Shown here: piece by piece, positions 39,706-54,559 of the stretch | Position numbering within the stretch: the first letter of the stretch is position 1 | Layout: every line of letters starts with the position of its first letter | Assembly: GCF_006345805.1 (NCBI RefSeq) | Contig: NC_043007.1 | Coordinates: 39,866,001 to 39,930,000 of the forward strand | Source of the DNA: Octopus sinensis | Taxonomy: Eukaryota | Direction: 5' to 3' | Length of the DNA stretch: 64,000 nucleotides | Position numbers and translations under genes: made by a program | Notes under the pieces: generated by a model | Told to the model about the DNA's origin: nothing | Seen by the model: the letters and a program-made list of their open reading frames with translations, nothing else | The model's database searches: none

Positions 39706-41290
39706 TGAATTTAGCATTTTTTTTTATCTGTTTGTAATATATGTTGTTTCTGATTGACAGAAAATCAGCAATTTTAGACTCCGGAATAAAAATGAGGTTT
39801 TGAAAATATTTTAGGTTATACTTTACAGAACGATTCTTTGGTCTGAACACATCCAGATAAAGTGAAACAAGGAACTGAGATTTCTTTTAACTCAGCCTTA
39901 AGGAATACATAAACTGAAAGAAGCTTCCTGGATATAATTGCATATAACTGCCGCAAAAATTTACTGGATAGCATTAGATCACATAGTATCACCCAATATA
40001 TCATTGTCTACGATAATCAGAAGCATTCAGTTGATACTTGATTTTATATCAGCAGTTGCAGACTGACGGCAGATGTAAAGCTTTTTTTTTTATTCTTTAG
40101 TATCGTACGATGCATCAAACGATCTTGTCTAGACAAGAATAACTAACATTGACATTGTACACAATAAAGAGATAGTGACATTGTTGTGTAGTTGGTAAGT
40201 GTTGCTTATTTTGGGTAAAAGTTTCCATAATAATTTGTGTTGAGTGTCGTATTATTTTATTCGTCCTCAGACGTATATCAAAATGCACGTTTGTGTGTGC
40301 GTATGATTATGTATGTATGTATGCATGTATGAAAGTATATATATATTTATATATATATAGATGTGTTTGTGTATGAATGTATACACACGGACACACATAT
40401 ATACATATATAAATGAATATGCGAATGTACGTAAATGTATGTATATATCTGTATGTTTCTATAAATATACACATCTTTGCATATACTTCTTTCGTACACA
40501 ATACACACACACATATATAAACAAATGTACATATATATATATGTATATATACACATACACATATATATACATATATACATAAACATATGTGCGTGTGTGT
40601 ATATACATATACATATATATATATACATAAATATGTGTGCGTGTTTGTGTGTGTGTGTGTGTGTGTGTGCGTGCGTGCGTGTGTGTGTGTGTATGTGTAG
40701 TCAATAAAATGAAGTCATTGAAAGTGACTGCAGAAAATAAATCGAGACATATTAAAATAAATATGTGAGTCCTTTGCTACACTTAGTATCGAAATACACT
40801 TTTGCTACCGTTGAAAATTTATTGATATACATACATATACATACATACATATATGTACGTGTGCGCACGCACACATACACACAAACGCACACACATATAT
40901 ACACACATATATATATATAATTCTTTACTTGATGTTCTTAACACACATATATATCTGTACATATATGTCATATATATGTATGTGCGTGTATGTATATGTA
41001 TACGTATGCGTGTATATATATATATATATACATACACTTACATACATATACAAGTATACATCCACACACGTGTATACACACATATATACATATATGCAAT
41101 TTTACATTTGTAAAATGAATATTTAAAGCCAATGTGATCATTGGAAATATAATACGTAGGTATATATGTTTATTTACATTCATATATATACATACAAATA
41201 CATAAACACGTATATATATACATATACATACATATATATGTATGTATATGTATACGTATGCGTGTATATATATATATGTATATATATATG

Positions 41291-41380
<90 letters not shown>

Positions 41381-41861
41381 CATATAGGTATGTATATAGG
41401 TATGTATATAGTCACAGATATAATTTTCTTGAATAATCATAAAGAAATATGTATATTTTCTACCTGTGTGTATGTATGTATGTATGTATGTATAAAGAGA
41501 GAGAGCGAGAAACATATACATATGTATGCATACATGCCTGTATATGTATCACTTTCTCTATCTCCTTCACCTCTCTCCTTCAGCCTCCTTCACTATCTTT
41601 GTCCCTCTCTGTCTGTCTCTCTCTCTCTCTCGCTATCTTTCTCTGTCATTCTATCAAGCGCACACGTTCTAAAATTATTAGTATATTTGTATGTAAGTTG
41701 TGTGTACCTGTGCGTTCGTATGCATTTCTGACTATGCCAATAAATATATATGTATATTTGAATACTTTATTTTCATTAATTTACACATATAAAGATATAT
41801 GTCTTTATATTCATGCTTACATTTGTATTTAACCCTATATATATATATGTGTGTGTGTGTG

Positions 41862-41897
<36 letters not shown>

Positions 41898-42026
41898 ATT
41901 CATAGGCACAAACTCACATATGTATATATAAAGCCACATGCATATGTATATATTAATTTTATGACTGCTGTCACACATACATACACACTCACAAACTTGT
42001 ACATGCCTATATCTATGTATAGATGA

Positions 42027-42063
<37 letters not shown>

Positions 42064-42570
42064 CATGTACGCATACATAATATGTATATATGTATATATG
42101 TATATATATATATATATGTATATATATCTATATATATATATATGCATATATGTACATGTCTATACATATATATATATATACATGTAAATATATATATATA
42201 TACGTACATATATATATGTAAATATATATATATATATCTATGTATCTATCTATTTATATCTATATTGTATATATACATTTCTATATGTATATATATATAT
42301 ATATAAAATATATACATATATGTATACATATACATACATATACATACATATGTGTGTGAGTGTGAGAGTGTTTGTATATGCATATATATATATACATGGA
42401 TATGTGTGTTTGTTCTGGAACATTACAGTTACCTAACATTTTCAATAATGTCTATAGACTTCAATATAATATCAAAACACATTGAAATAATATTTCTCTC
42501 CACCACCTTTTTTGCTGATGGCGGGGTGGGGGGTAGGTGGTGTCTTTTCTTGTATTTGTTATTATTATCA

Positions 42571-42662
<92 letters not shown>

Positions 42663-42989
42663 GTTATTATTATTGTTATTATTACTTTGTTTTATGTTGT
42701 AGTTTTCTTACTCTTCTGACGTATTTTCCTTGTTTTTTGTTTGTGCCTATATATGTATATATATATATTGTGTATTTATGTATTTGTATTTGTCTGTCCT
42801 GTGACTTTATGTATGTGTATATGTGCGTGTATTTATATATATATATATATGTGTGTGTGAGTGTGTGTGTGTGTGTCTGTGTGTGTGTGTGTGTGAGTAT
42901 TAACGTTGTCGGCTTTCATTTGTAAGGGTTAAAATCATTGCAATCCAATTTTAATTTTCAATATGGACATTTAAAAATCAAATGTAACC

Positions 42990-43920
42990 ATCATAACACC
43001 TTCACTGCCATTACAGCCTTCGCTACCAACACCACCACCACCACCATCACTACTACGACCACCACTACCACGACGACGACCATCACTACTCCCTCCACGC
43101 TACCACCACTGCTGCCACCGCTACCGCCACCACCACCATCACCAACACCACCACCACCGCTACTACCACTTTTCTACTTCCCTAACAGCTGCCATTAAGA
43201 AGGAAACTCCTACCAACACCGACACGGCGTCACACCGCCACCACTCTCACCGTCACCACCCCGACCACATTGCTGACGCTACGACCGTGACCACGTCGAC
43301 GACAACGACAACGACGATGGCGGCGATGACAACCACCACTACCACCAACACTACTACAACATCTGCCTCTGCTACCACGATCACCTTCACTGCCACAATC
43401 ACTACTAAATCACCACCACAGTCGCTGTTGCCACCACCACCACCGCGACCAATACTACAACACTTACCACACCACTGACGTTATCACCACCACTACCACA
43501 ACCACGATGACCATCAGCACTACATCCACCGACGCCGCCACCGGCAATACCACAACTACGATGTCCATGACTACTACTATCACCGCCACTACCACAACCA
43601 GCATGGCCATCACCACTACCAGCACCGACGCCACCACCACTACTACAACGACCGCATTGACCATCACCACTATCACCACCGACGTTACTACAACCACCGC
43701 GGTCATCATAATTACCATCTCCGCCACTGGTGCCATCACCACCATCATCATCTTCATTACCACGACTACTCCTAATTCTCATCGCTAACATTATCTTTAC
43801 CACGATTTCATCAAAATATGACCATCACTCACTAAGTCTACCTCCACTATCATCACCAATACCAACACCAACACCACTATCAATACCACTAAAGCCACAA
43901 CAACCACATCCAACATAACC
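42990..43920. repeat. Degenerate (ACC)/(ACT)/(ACG)n low-complexity tract
   Basis: Directly visible; source of the Thr/Pro/Gly-rich ORFs. Confidence 0.85.
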
Positions 43921-43958
43921 ACCATTTAACCATGATAGCTAATATTAGACTGCATCAA

Positions 43959-44712
<754 letters not shown>

Positions 44713-44714
44713 GT

Positions 44715-45560
44715 TCGGAAGCAAAACATTCGCTGCACCTGTTTTCAACCACATCTACAGTTTTGAACCTCTGTGTGTGCAGGAAATGAGCCTTGCGGCG
44801 GAAAGGATGCTAATCCGATGGTGCAAGTTCTGAATTGAAGCCCTCAAGTTCCTCAGTTTTGCGCTTCGTCACATTGGCAGTATGGGCCGGAACATAATCA
44901 TATTGTAGGAATGCGCGTCTTCTATTGACCGATGCCGGATAGCGGGCTTTCAAAGCATCATATACTCGCTGCAGTTGTTGCGTATAAAGGTTAGCGCTCA
45001 CAGCATAATAGGACAAGCTCAAAATGGAACACGCCCTCGAAATTCTACCAAATACACAAAAGACCTTCCGTTCTAACCACTCTTGTTTGACAACAGGTTC
45101 TGAAGCATGACCTGAATGAAGCCACTGATTTCTCTCATTAGGATTACGAAACTAAATCCATTTTTCATCCCTAGTTAAAATTGGACCCAAAAACCAGCAT
45201 ATCGAGGACTTGCAAGCAGAGCATATCGAGGATTTGCAAGCAGGTTTTGGCAAATGTTGACGCGATGATGAGCTTGGTCATCACTCTGTTCATGAGGAAC
45301 TTCTCGACAGCTTCTAATCACAAGGCCGAGGTCGTAGAGGTGTTGGCTGATGGTGCTTTTTGAAAATCCAAATACTGCCAATAATGTACGTAAGCGTGCG
45401 CGTGGCAGTTTTTCAACCATTTCAAGCAAGGTCACATCTTATACAACAGAAGGTCTTCCTGACATTGGTTTATCTTTGAGTCTCGAATCATCTTGCTTGA
45501 AACGCCTGAATCAGTTTTGTGCCGCTCTTTCACTCCGTCCTTTTATTCACAGGAAGCTGT
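44715..45560 (-). pseudogene. Decayed mariner transposase
   Basis: NWFRRFKQDDSRLKDKPMSGRP; FSKSTISQHL..EVPHE; DEKWI; YTQQLQRV..RYPASVNRRRAFLQYDYVPAHTA; LAPSD. Confidence 0.88.
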
Positions 45561-45689
45561 AGGGTCACCCGAGCATAGAAGATTAGCATTATTTGTAATT
45601 CAATGTAAGAGTTTGATTTGAGATTTATTTAGATTGTGATTTCTGCAATGTGGTGTACAAATTGTCAAGTAAATGAGAGGCATCTTTGC

Positions 45690-46050
45690 CGCCACTGATT
45701 CAGTTGCAATGTGTTGAGTAAAGATATTTGGTTCCAGACCTCCTTTGAGTCTTTTTATTATCGCTGGGTCACACATAGTCCCCAGATGGTAACATTGATT
45801 TCAAGGCCTTCCCAGATGAGTGACTGTTTATTCAAAGACATTTATAGATTGTAAATTTATTCTGTCCAGTTATCTACCGGTTATAGCGGTCATTTTCAAA
45901 CTCCAGAGGTGACACTTTCATTTCTCCTTAGCCCTCACGTGATACAGTCGTTAATGTTTATTTGAGTTGGGTCTCGCCCTTCCAATTACTATAGATTCGT
46001 AATGCATCTTACGACTGTGCCTGTCACCTGTATGGTGAGGAATCCTACAT
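45690..46050 (-). mobile_element. Highly decayed CR1-type LINE 3' fragment
   Basis: PNVG..TG motif and weak similarity to 39234-39630. Confidence 0.4.
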
Positions 46051-46379
46051 TAGGTGTGGTAACAACTAGGGTAGAGTAGCTGACTGCTTATTGTGATCAT
46101 TCGTCATTTGGTTTCCTGTAGCTCTCTTTTACAAACCCAGTGGACATACATATATTTCCTATTTCAAAGAAATTCAAAGACCCAAGTTATAAGACCCAAC
46201 ATATAAGATCCAAGTTAAAAACATTCTCAACAATTCAACTTCTCTGGTTGACATTAAAACACTCACCCCCAATAGGGGCCTTAACTTCCTCATTTTAGAG
46301 CCCCATGACCGCCATATTTCAGGAGCAAAATCCTTTTAATAGGTTCTATAAAACTGGAATTTTAGAATCTGCGCATAAA

Positions 46380-46567
46380 GATCAGTAGTGTGGGATACAT
46401 GTGTCATCATTAGAAACTTTTAGGGTGTGTAAAGAGGGAAAGAACCCACATCTGCAATTTTGATGAAATTCTAATCATAGGTATTCCAGTTCATTACCAA
46501 AAAATATAACAGAAAAGTCTAACTCTTCAATTGCATGTAACACGGACAACGCCGGGTATCTCTGCTA

Positions 46568-46568
<1 letters not shown>
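46380..46568 (+). mobile_element. Helitron-like 3' end (5' boundary uncertain)
   Basis: cggacaacgccggg..ctgCTAG|T, matching the 3' end of 13838-14221. Confidence 0.55.
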
Positions 46569-46616
<48 letters not shown>

Positions 46617-46898
46617 CACATTGAGGGCAAAATTAATTAATTATTAATCAATTTCACCAAGTGTTCAGTATGCAAAGGGACCATTCAAGGCGAATTCAAA
46701 TTATTACATTATATAAAAGGGCTTAGTAAAATAAATTACTTTGCCGCATACTGAACTCATTAGAAATAGCAGCTAAAAAAACTTTTTAAGGCTATTTCTA
46801 ATACTTAAAGAAAATCTCTCTCATATATAGTGTTTGCATAATTTAACTCACAAAAGTTTGGGGGTAATGACATCGAAAAATCAAATGCTAAGGTTATT

Positions 46899-46950
46899 CG
46901 AGAACGTACGTTTCAAGATTAGTCAAAACAACATTTCTATCATCGGCTCG
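46899..46950 (-). ncRNA. Variant minimal hammerhead motif (left arm)
   Basis: Reverse complement of 47126-47177. Confidence 0.55.
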
Positions 46951-47125
46951 GAAATTCCTTGGTTTGGATTTGGAAACACTGAAAATAAGAACATACCTCC
47001 TCGAAGATCTGCTCCCAACTAACAGTGCCAACAAATTCAAAATAAGCAAGCTGTTAGTTGGGAGCAGATCTTCGAGAGGGTATGTTCTTATTTTCAGTGT
47101 TTCCAAATCCAAACCAAGGAATTTC

Positions 47126-47177
47126 CGAGCCGATGATAGAAATGTTGTTTTGACTAATCTTGAAACGTACGTTCTCG
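47126..47177 (+). ncRNA. Variant minimal hammerhead motif (right arm)
   Basis: Stem I CGAG/CTCG; core CCGATGA (U4C); weak stem II; GAAA; palindromic AACGTACGTT stem III; GUU triplet. Confidence 0.55.
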
Positions 47178-47869
47178 AATAACCTTAGCATTGATTTTTC
47201 GATGTCATTACCCCCAACCTTTTGTGAGTTAAATTATGCAAACACTATATATGAGAGAGATTTTCTTTAAGTATTAGAAATAGCCTTAAAAAAGTTTTTT
47301 AGCTGCTATTTCTAATGAGTTCAGTATGCGCAAAGTAATTTATTTTACTAAGCCCTTTTATATAATATATATATATATATATAATTATATATGCGTGTAT
47401 ATATATATATATATATGCACATACATACACAAACATACATACATAATTATATATATATGGAATGAAGATAAGAGTGAACGAAAGAAAGGAAGTAGCATTC
47501 AACAGACTTGGTAGGAGTTGTATATATTTTTAATAACGGTTTAACTCAGTTCCACATGACTTAATGCTTGATGGACGCGCGTAGGCCACGTCCATCTCAG
47601 CAGTCGCTATGAGCAGACCAACGGGCTTAGGAAACTTTAAGCCATATGGAGCTCTTTCAAACTGTTATTAAATATGTATGTACACACACAACGCACACAC
47701 ACGTACATACATACATATATGTATGTATATGCACAAATATATATATACATATATAATATATATATATATTTAAATATATATACTATATACTATATATATA
47801 TATAGATATATATATATATATATTATATATATATATATATATTCATATATATATATATATATATATATG

Positions 47870-48160
47870 TTGAGGCAGCGGACTCACGGTCGTAGGATCG
47901 CGGTTTCGATTCCCAGACCGGGCGTTTTGAGTGTTTATTGAGCGAACACACCTAAAAGCTCCACGAGGCTCCGGCAGGGGGTGGTGGCGATCCCTGCTGT
48001 ACTCTTTCGCCACAAATTTCTCTCACTCTTTCTTCTGTTGGCCTGCTCGCTTAGCCAGCGGGGGTGGCGTCATTTGAAGGCTAAAACAATGCGAAGCGCA
48101 TTGTGACCAGCGATGTGTAACAACATCTGATGGCCTGGTCGGTCACGGTGATCACGGTGA
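47870..48160 (+). mobile_element. SINE with a family A head and a different 3' module, inserted in (TA)n
   Basis: Matches 9577-9760 to ctctcactctttctt, then diverges. Confidence 0.85.
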
Positions 48161-48581
48161 TATATATATATATTATATATATATATATATGTGGCAAATG
48201 AAAGGTGGAAGATGGAATACACGAGAATTTGTTAATCACAACAATTGTTCGGACACATCTAGCACCGATCCCTTAAGGTAGGGACACTCACCAACTGAGG
48301 TATATGGCTAACAAACACGGATATGCAAATATATGCATAGCCGTATAAATATATATGTATATTTGTGCTTACATGCAAGCACAAATTTATGCATTATGTG
48401 TGTATAAACTTATGGTAGATTTATTTTACAAAATTTGTGGTTTTAATTGTCACATTATTTTAACTGTTGGGGCTGACCGAGTGCTTTTCTACTTGTTAAA
48501 GCCTTACCACATAATATGTATGTGTGTGTGTATGTACCTATATGTATGCATGTATGTATATACTGTATCTATCTATCTATC

Positions 48582-48615
<34 letters not shown>

Positions 48616-48705
48616 TACGGTCACACATTTATATATATATATATATATATGCGCCACACATTTATATATATATATATATATATATATAAAGTTAATCCAG
48701 ACATA

Positions 48706-48766
<61 letters not shown>

Positions 48767-48767
<1 letters not shown>

Positions 48768-49560
48768 ATTTAAAGTAATAAGGGTGAAAAATTGAATATT
48801 AATTTGATTGATATCAATTTACAACCAGTGGTCTAGCATATAGGAAAATCTGAAGATTCAAAAAAATTATATTACATACATGTAAGAGGGATGACCACTA
48901 AGTGGACATCCATTATGCTAGAAGTCGGCCCCCTGTGGTCTTACCACTAAGAAAGGTATGGTCTCAATAAAATTTTCTTGCATAACGGATGTCCACTTAG
49001 TAGTCGTTCCTTTTATATGTATGTAATATAATCTTTCTGAATCTTCAGATTTTCTTATATGCTAGACCACTGGTTTTAAATTGATATTAATCAAATTAAT
49101 ATTCAATTTTTCACCCTTATTATTTTAAATTTAAATTTAAATAACTATGTTCTCTAATCGGCAAAATTCACAGCAGAGAATTATTTTCTGCAGAATTATT
49201 TCCGGTATTTTGGCGCACCAAATCGAAGACTTTTGAAATAGAACCCCAAATGTAAAATGGTATAACTATATACATGTTCAATCTTATGCGGACCTGTCGT
49301 GCATAATTCTTCAAATTATATTTTGCTATGACGATCATACTGATGTGTTGCGGGCATGTACGTAAATCATTACGTAAGTGGTAGAAACGAAACTGGTTTG
49401 TGAGTAATCTGTATATTTTGTATCTTTTCATTTGTCTGGACTCGCTTACGTTCTAGCATTTGCTAAATTTTTTTGAGAACATTCCATTCTTAGTGGTAAG
49501 ACCATAGAGGATCGACTTCTAGCATAATGGATGTCCACTTAGTGGCCATACCCCTTATGT
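48767..49560. mobile_element. Palindromic Penelope-like element: arms 48767-48918 and 48980-49131, plus a third inverted partial copy at 49467-49560
   Basis: Imperfect inverted repeats; flanked by (TA)n. Confidence 0.75.
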
Positions 49561-49587
49561 GTATATATATATATAATATATATATAT

Positions 49588-49886
<299 letters not shown>

Positions 49887-49921
49887 CACACATATACATA
49901 TGTATATATATATACATACTT

Positions 49922-50130
49922 TTACGAAGGCATGCTTAAATGTTCCTAGCATTGGGTAAAAAGACGTACAGGAAGATCTGTTAATTATGATTTTGTTCAA
50001 TATATTCTACTTTCAGATTCTCACAGTTATTGCAGCGGTCGTTCAGTTTTTTCTAAGTCCTGTAATAGAAGTCGGAAGTTTGCATCTCCGACTGCGCCTT
50101 TCGTAATACCCTTGCATCCAGAAATTTTCA
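49922..50130 (-). mobile_element. Mariner terminal fragment, same family as 38577-38765
   Basis: Colinear with 38577-38765; [18 protein letters not shown]. Confidence 0.7.
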
Positions 50131-50144
50131 GCATATATATATAT

Positions 50145-50219
<75 letters not shown>

Positions 50220-50477
50220 CGGGAAGCTTATGAAAATAGACAAAGACGAAGGCAGGTTTATGGAAATAAAGGCAGGTGGAATACAAACAAACAATTGTAT
50301 TAGTATGGCGCTCAGGAAATATAAATAAAACAAGTCTTTAACGTTTCGAGCCTACGCTCTTCAACAGAAAGATACACAGAGAAAAAAAACACAGAAAGAA
50401 GGAGAGAAAAAAATATGCGTGCAGAGGCTAGCGAATCAACATATATATATGTGTGTGTGTTTTTTTTATTTGTTATT

Positions 50478-50697
50478 TCTTTACTGCCCACAAGGGGCTA
50501 CACACAGAGGGGACAAACAAGGACAGACAAAGGGAGTAAGTCGATTATATCGACCCCAGTGCGTAACTGGTAATTAATTCATCGACCCCGAAAGGATGAA
50601 AGGCAAAGTCGACCTCGGCGGAATTTGAACTCGGTGGAAGACGAAATACCGCTAAGCATTTCGCCCGGCGTGCTAACGTTTCTGCCAGCTTGCCGCT
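50478..50697 (-). mobile_element. SINE family B (subfamily shared with 59775-60006)
   Basis: Family B head plus cccacaaggggcta..gaggggacaaac tail. Confidence 0.85.
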
Positions 50698-50775
50698 TTT
50701 ATTTGTTTCACCCATTTGACTGCGGCCATGCTGGAGCACCACCTTTAGTCGAAAAAATCCACCCCAGAACTTCTT

Positions 50776-51500
50776 TGTTCATACACCTGTCTTCGTCTTT
50801 TGTTTTACTATAAATTTCAACCATATATACATACATGTGTATATCTACATCTATATTTATATATCTCTATCTATCTATCTATCTATCTATCTACATTAGT
50901 TGTCAAGCGATGGTGAGGATAAACACAAACACACACACACACACACACACTCACACACGTATATATGCATGTATTTGAAAGTTAAAGAAAAACAAACGAC
51001 GAAGACAGGTGTATAAACAACAAGCAGGTGTATTAGTTTGGCGCTCGAGAAAGTGCGCAAGTCTTTTACGTTTCTCCTTTGCGCCACATGAGCTCAACTC
51101 CCCTCCTCTCCTCTCCTCTCTTCACTCCTATCCACCATGTCTCTTCATTGACCCCCACTCTGCCCTCCCCACACCCTGGTTTTGGGATCACCTATAATTT
51201 ATTATCTCCCCTTCTTTCTACGTATCCCTGTCAAACCAATTTTTCCCAACCAGTCGCCATGTTTGACCGTTAAATCCACAAGTTTTTTTTTTCTGTCTCT
51301 GTTTATTTTCTCTTATTCCTTTCTATTGAAGAGCGTAGGCTCGAAGCGTAAAAGACTTTCCCACTTTCCCAAGCGTCAGACTAATACACCTGCTTGTTGT
51401 TCATACACCTGTCTTCGTCTTTTGTTTTACTTTAGATTTAAACCATATATACATACATGTGTATATCTACATCTATATTTATATATCTCTACCTATCTAT
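50776..51500. repeat. Nested direct and inverted repeats (Penelope pLTR-like arrangement)
   Basis: Direct copies at 50776-50875 and 51398-51495; inverted copy at 50990-51070 of 51335-51430; related sequence at 50235-50365. Confidence 0.65.
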
Positions 51501-52469
51501 CTCTGTATGTATATATATATATACGTGTATGTCTCTCTCTCTCTCTCTATATATATATATACTATATCCCTGCCGTAAGGCTTTACTTCCTCAAACGCCA
51601 GCTTAATTTAATTCGTCCGTAGTCGAAAGAAACCTGTTGTTATGTCCTGTTATTTCTATTTGTGTAACATATCTGTTTTCTTTTTCCGTCTTTGTTTTGT
51701 ATACATTCGCTGCTTTCTACCACACAGCCACGCCTGCGCCTCCATATGTGTGTGTGTGTGTGGAGAGAGAGAGAAAGAAAGAAAGAAAGAAAGAAAGAAA
51801 AAAGAAAGAAAGGAAGAAAAAAGAAAGAGACATTGAGAGAGAGAGAAAAAGAAAGAAAGAGACATTGAGAGAGAGAGGAGTGAGATTGATTTATATATAT
51901 GCATTTATATACGTGTGTGTGTTGTGTGTGTGTGTGTTGTATGTTTGTATGTTTGTGAATGTATTGTCCAATGACAATCCAGTGAGTTACTTATCTCCAG
52001 GCTGTTGACCCTCCGTTACCGTCCCACATACCGCTGCTTATAAACCCTTTTGTTGTGATGCATTATCGTATGATCCAGTTTTGATGAAGACATTTATAAG
52101 GTCCAGCAATACATTTTATCGATTAATTTAATTGGTTCCATATCTTGCATTTCTAAAACTGCAGTTATTACAATGTTCAAAGCACACGATGACGGAAACC
52201 TCTCCGGATGTAAGCCACTTTTTCACTCTTAATTCATTCTCACATCTCACTGTTAGGCGAAATTCGATTTCCTACATGCTTTGTAATGTTCAAACTTTGC
52301 TCCATTTTCTTCGCTTAGGATATAACATAGTTTACCTTCTATCACGTGTTTCGTGTGAAGCTTAACACTTTCAATGAAGCTCAATGCAAAAGTAACTGAC
52401 AAGATTAGTAGAGAGACTTGTTGGAGACACTACAGCATTAATATTGCCCTGTAAGAACCTGTTTTATTA

Positions 52470-52990
52470 CCGTAAATCTTCGAGTATAGTTCGCCCTTGA
52501 GTATAATACGCAGGGGATTTTTAGGGGGCTGTATCTCTGAAATACCGAAAGCTTGTGTATAATACGCACTCCTTCTCTAACTTCAGTCGTGCGTAATTAA
52601 GCCAGCAGCACCTAGTAGAACAAACACTTCCGCGCATGCGTAATACAATAATGGTGATGTTCTTAACTGTTATATGGGAATGTAAATACGTTTGCAAATT
52701 GTTTTTGTTACATGTTATTCTGCGTTCTGAATACTTTTATTTGAATAAATGTTGCTTACTGAAAGTTATGACTGATTCTTTTATGACTTCATTGCTTTCA
52801 GGCTTAGCTTAAGGTATTTTCATGCCTGACATCACAAAATGCGTCTGAATAAACATTACTGGACAGCAAATAGAGACTCGGAAATTGCTTAGAAAGTATT
52901 TTTCATTTTAAACCTTGTATATAGTACGCACTAGGGATTTTGACCATTAAATTTTGGGGGAAAATGCGGATTATACTCGAGGATTTACAA
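52470..52990. mobile_element. Tc1/pogo-superfamily MITE with ~25-bp TIRs and a TA TSD
   Basis: TA-CCGTAAATCTTCGAGTATAGTTCGC ... GCGGATTATACTCGAGGATTTACAA-TA. Confidence 0.82.
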
Positions 52991-53149
52991 TACTTGCTTA
53001 TTCCAATGTGGAGTATGGCATCTATGACTCTTTTTAGCACCTCCGCCAATTGTGGGTAGAAAGAAAAAAAATTATACTAAGGCCGGAGATCCGGTTTGAA
53101 GGATTTCAAAAGAGTGGGTTTCACTAATTTATCCCAGAGTCCACCACCA

Positions 53150-53260
53150 GCAACACCACATTCGTTGCTCATTGAATTTGGTTTATCATCCAAAAATTGG
53201 AACATATCGGCATTGACATAGTTTCCCACAACAAAATTTCACTCACCAGACTTCGAACAA
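53150..53260 (+). mobile_element. Very decayed mariner fragment
   Basis: QKLEHIGIDIVSH..HSPDF resembles KLxELGWEVLPHPPYSPDL. Confidence 0.4.
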
Positions 53261-54559
53261 CAAGAGGCTGTGGTTGAAAACATTTTCTCAAGATACCTTG
53301 AATCGAGATCGAATCCGAAATTGTACAGTGGTGAAGTGAACTTCTCAACTACATGACCATGCTTAGAGTCAATCTGTTTATTTAAAGTCAAGGTAACTAA
53401 TAATCGGCCACATCACGATGCAGAGATGCAGAATTATATTGATTTAGATATCTGCACGTGTACCAGTGAATTAATAAAAATAATATTGAAAATTGCATTG
53501 AGTATCACATGTAGATGACCTGCAACAAATGATCCATTTTCTTTAAACAACAGTAACGTTTATGCTGTATAGGAGCATTTAAGAATATGTAGGGACATTT
53601 TCGACAGCCTACATTTCCCTAATATCTACGAGTGACAAAGCTAAGTAACTCGTATATCTTTCAGTTAGCTGTTTATTTGAAACACTTATTGTTCGTTAGA
53701 CAGTCTTCATATTCAGGAAATAAAAGCTGTCTTTGTGAAGGACGTTATGTTTAAATTAAAAGTGAGATATTGGTACAAAAGCGATACATTAAGACAATAT
53801 CTCAATACGTGTTGGGTCAAACCAATACGCAGTGACATATGTTATGAGATAACGATTAAGAGCAATAAAACTGGTAAAACACTGTTCAATAGTAATAACG
53901 GATGCAGGTACAATACCCGGTAACCTTTTCTTATGTAATTTTGAATCGAAATCTTAGAGATCACGTGAACAAATACTGTTATAAAGAGCATTCTCAGCAA
54001 GAAACTTTTCTCAGACAATTAAAGTTATTCCAAAGCAGGCAAGTATCAGAAATATACGTATTTAGGGTAATTATTCCAACCTTTCATTGTTGCGCATATT
54101 TTACGCCCACTTTCCACACTTGTTTAATTCATATAGACATAAAGTCCTCATTGTGACTGTCTGTTTATTCGTTGTGCAATTTCAACGATAATTACCTTAG
54201 TTAGAATAACAAGCACATGCTACCATGTGTATCTATCTACAGTATACCCCCTGGAAAATATTGGAACGAATCCTAATTTTTATATTCCTCTTAGAAACAA
54301 AAAAACTCTGAAAGTATTTTTCGCAGCTGTTCTGTAGTTTTCTCGATGATATACAAATTGACTGGTTCGTTCTTTTGTTCCTGGTCGATTTCTATTCCAA
54401 CCAGCTGGTGTTGTCAATAAATGCTATACATTATATGTCTAAGCGAATAATTTTTCTTTCTAGTTTTGTTCAGCTGCGACTGATGAGGTGAATAAGCGCT
54501 GAAACGTTTAAATGTTTTACGATATAATTCGAAATGAATATCTCTGTACAAGATGTTGG

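Larger units (their letters stand above)
46613..47366. mobile_element. Long palindromic element in (TA)n: arms 46708-47025 and 47051-47366, 25-bp spacer
   Basis: ~317-bp inverted repeat with only about 5-6 differences; (TA)n on both sides. Confidence 0.88.

Noticed and set aside
48185-48330. Hammerhead-like CTTAAGG...CCGAACAATTGTT on the minus strand
   Set aside because: Three core positions deviate; may be a decayed PLE motif but cannot be supported
49030-49070. CTGAAGATTCAGAAAG on the minus strand as a hammerhead
   Set aside because: No real stem II or stem I; the sequence is better explained as a small AATCT/AGATT hairpin
50335-50365. TTGAAGAGCGTAGGCTCGAAACGT as an active hammerhead (also 51326)
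   Set aside because: C3 is replaced, stem II competes with G8/A9, and stem I is not formed
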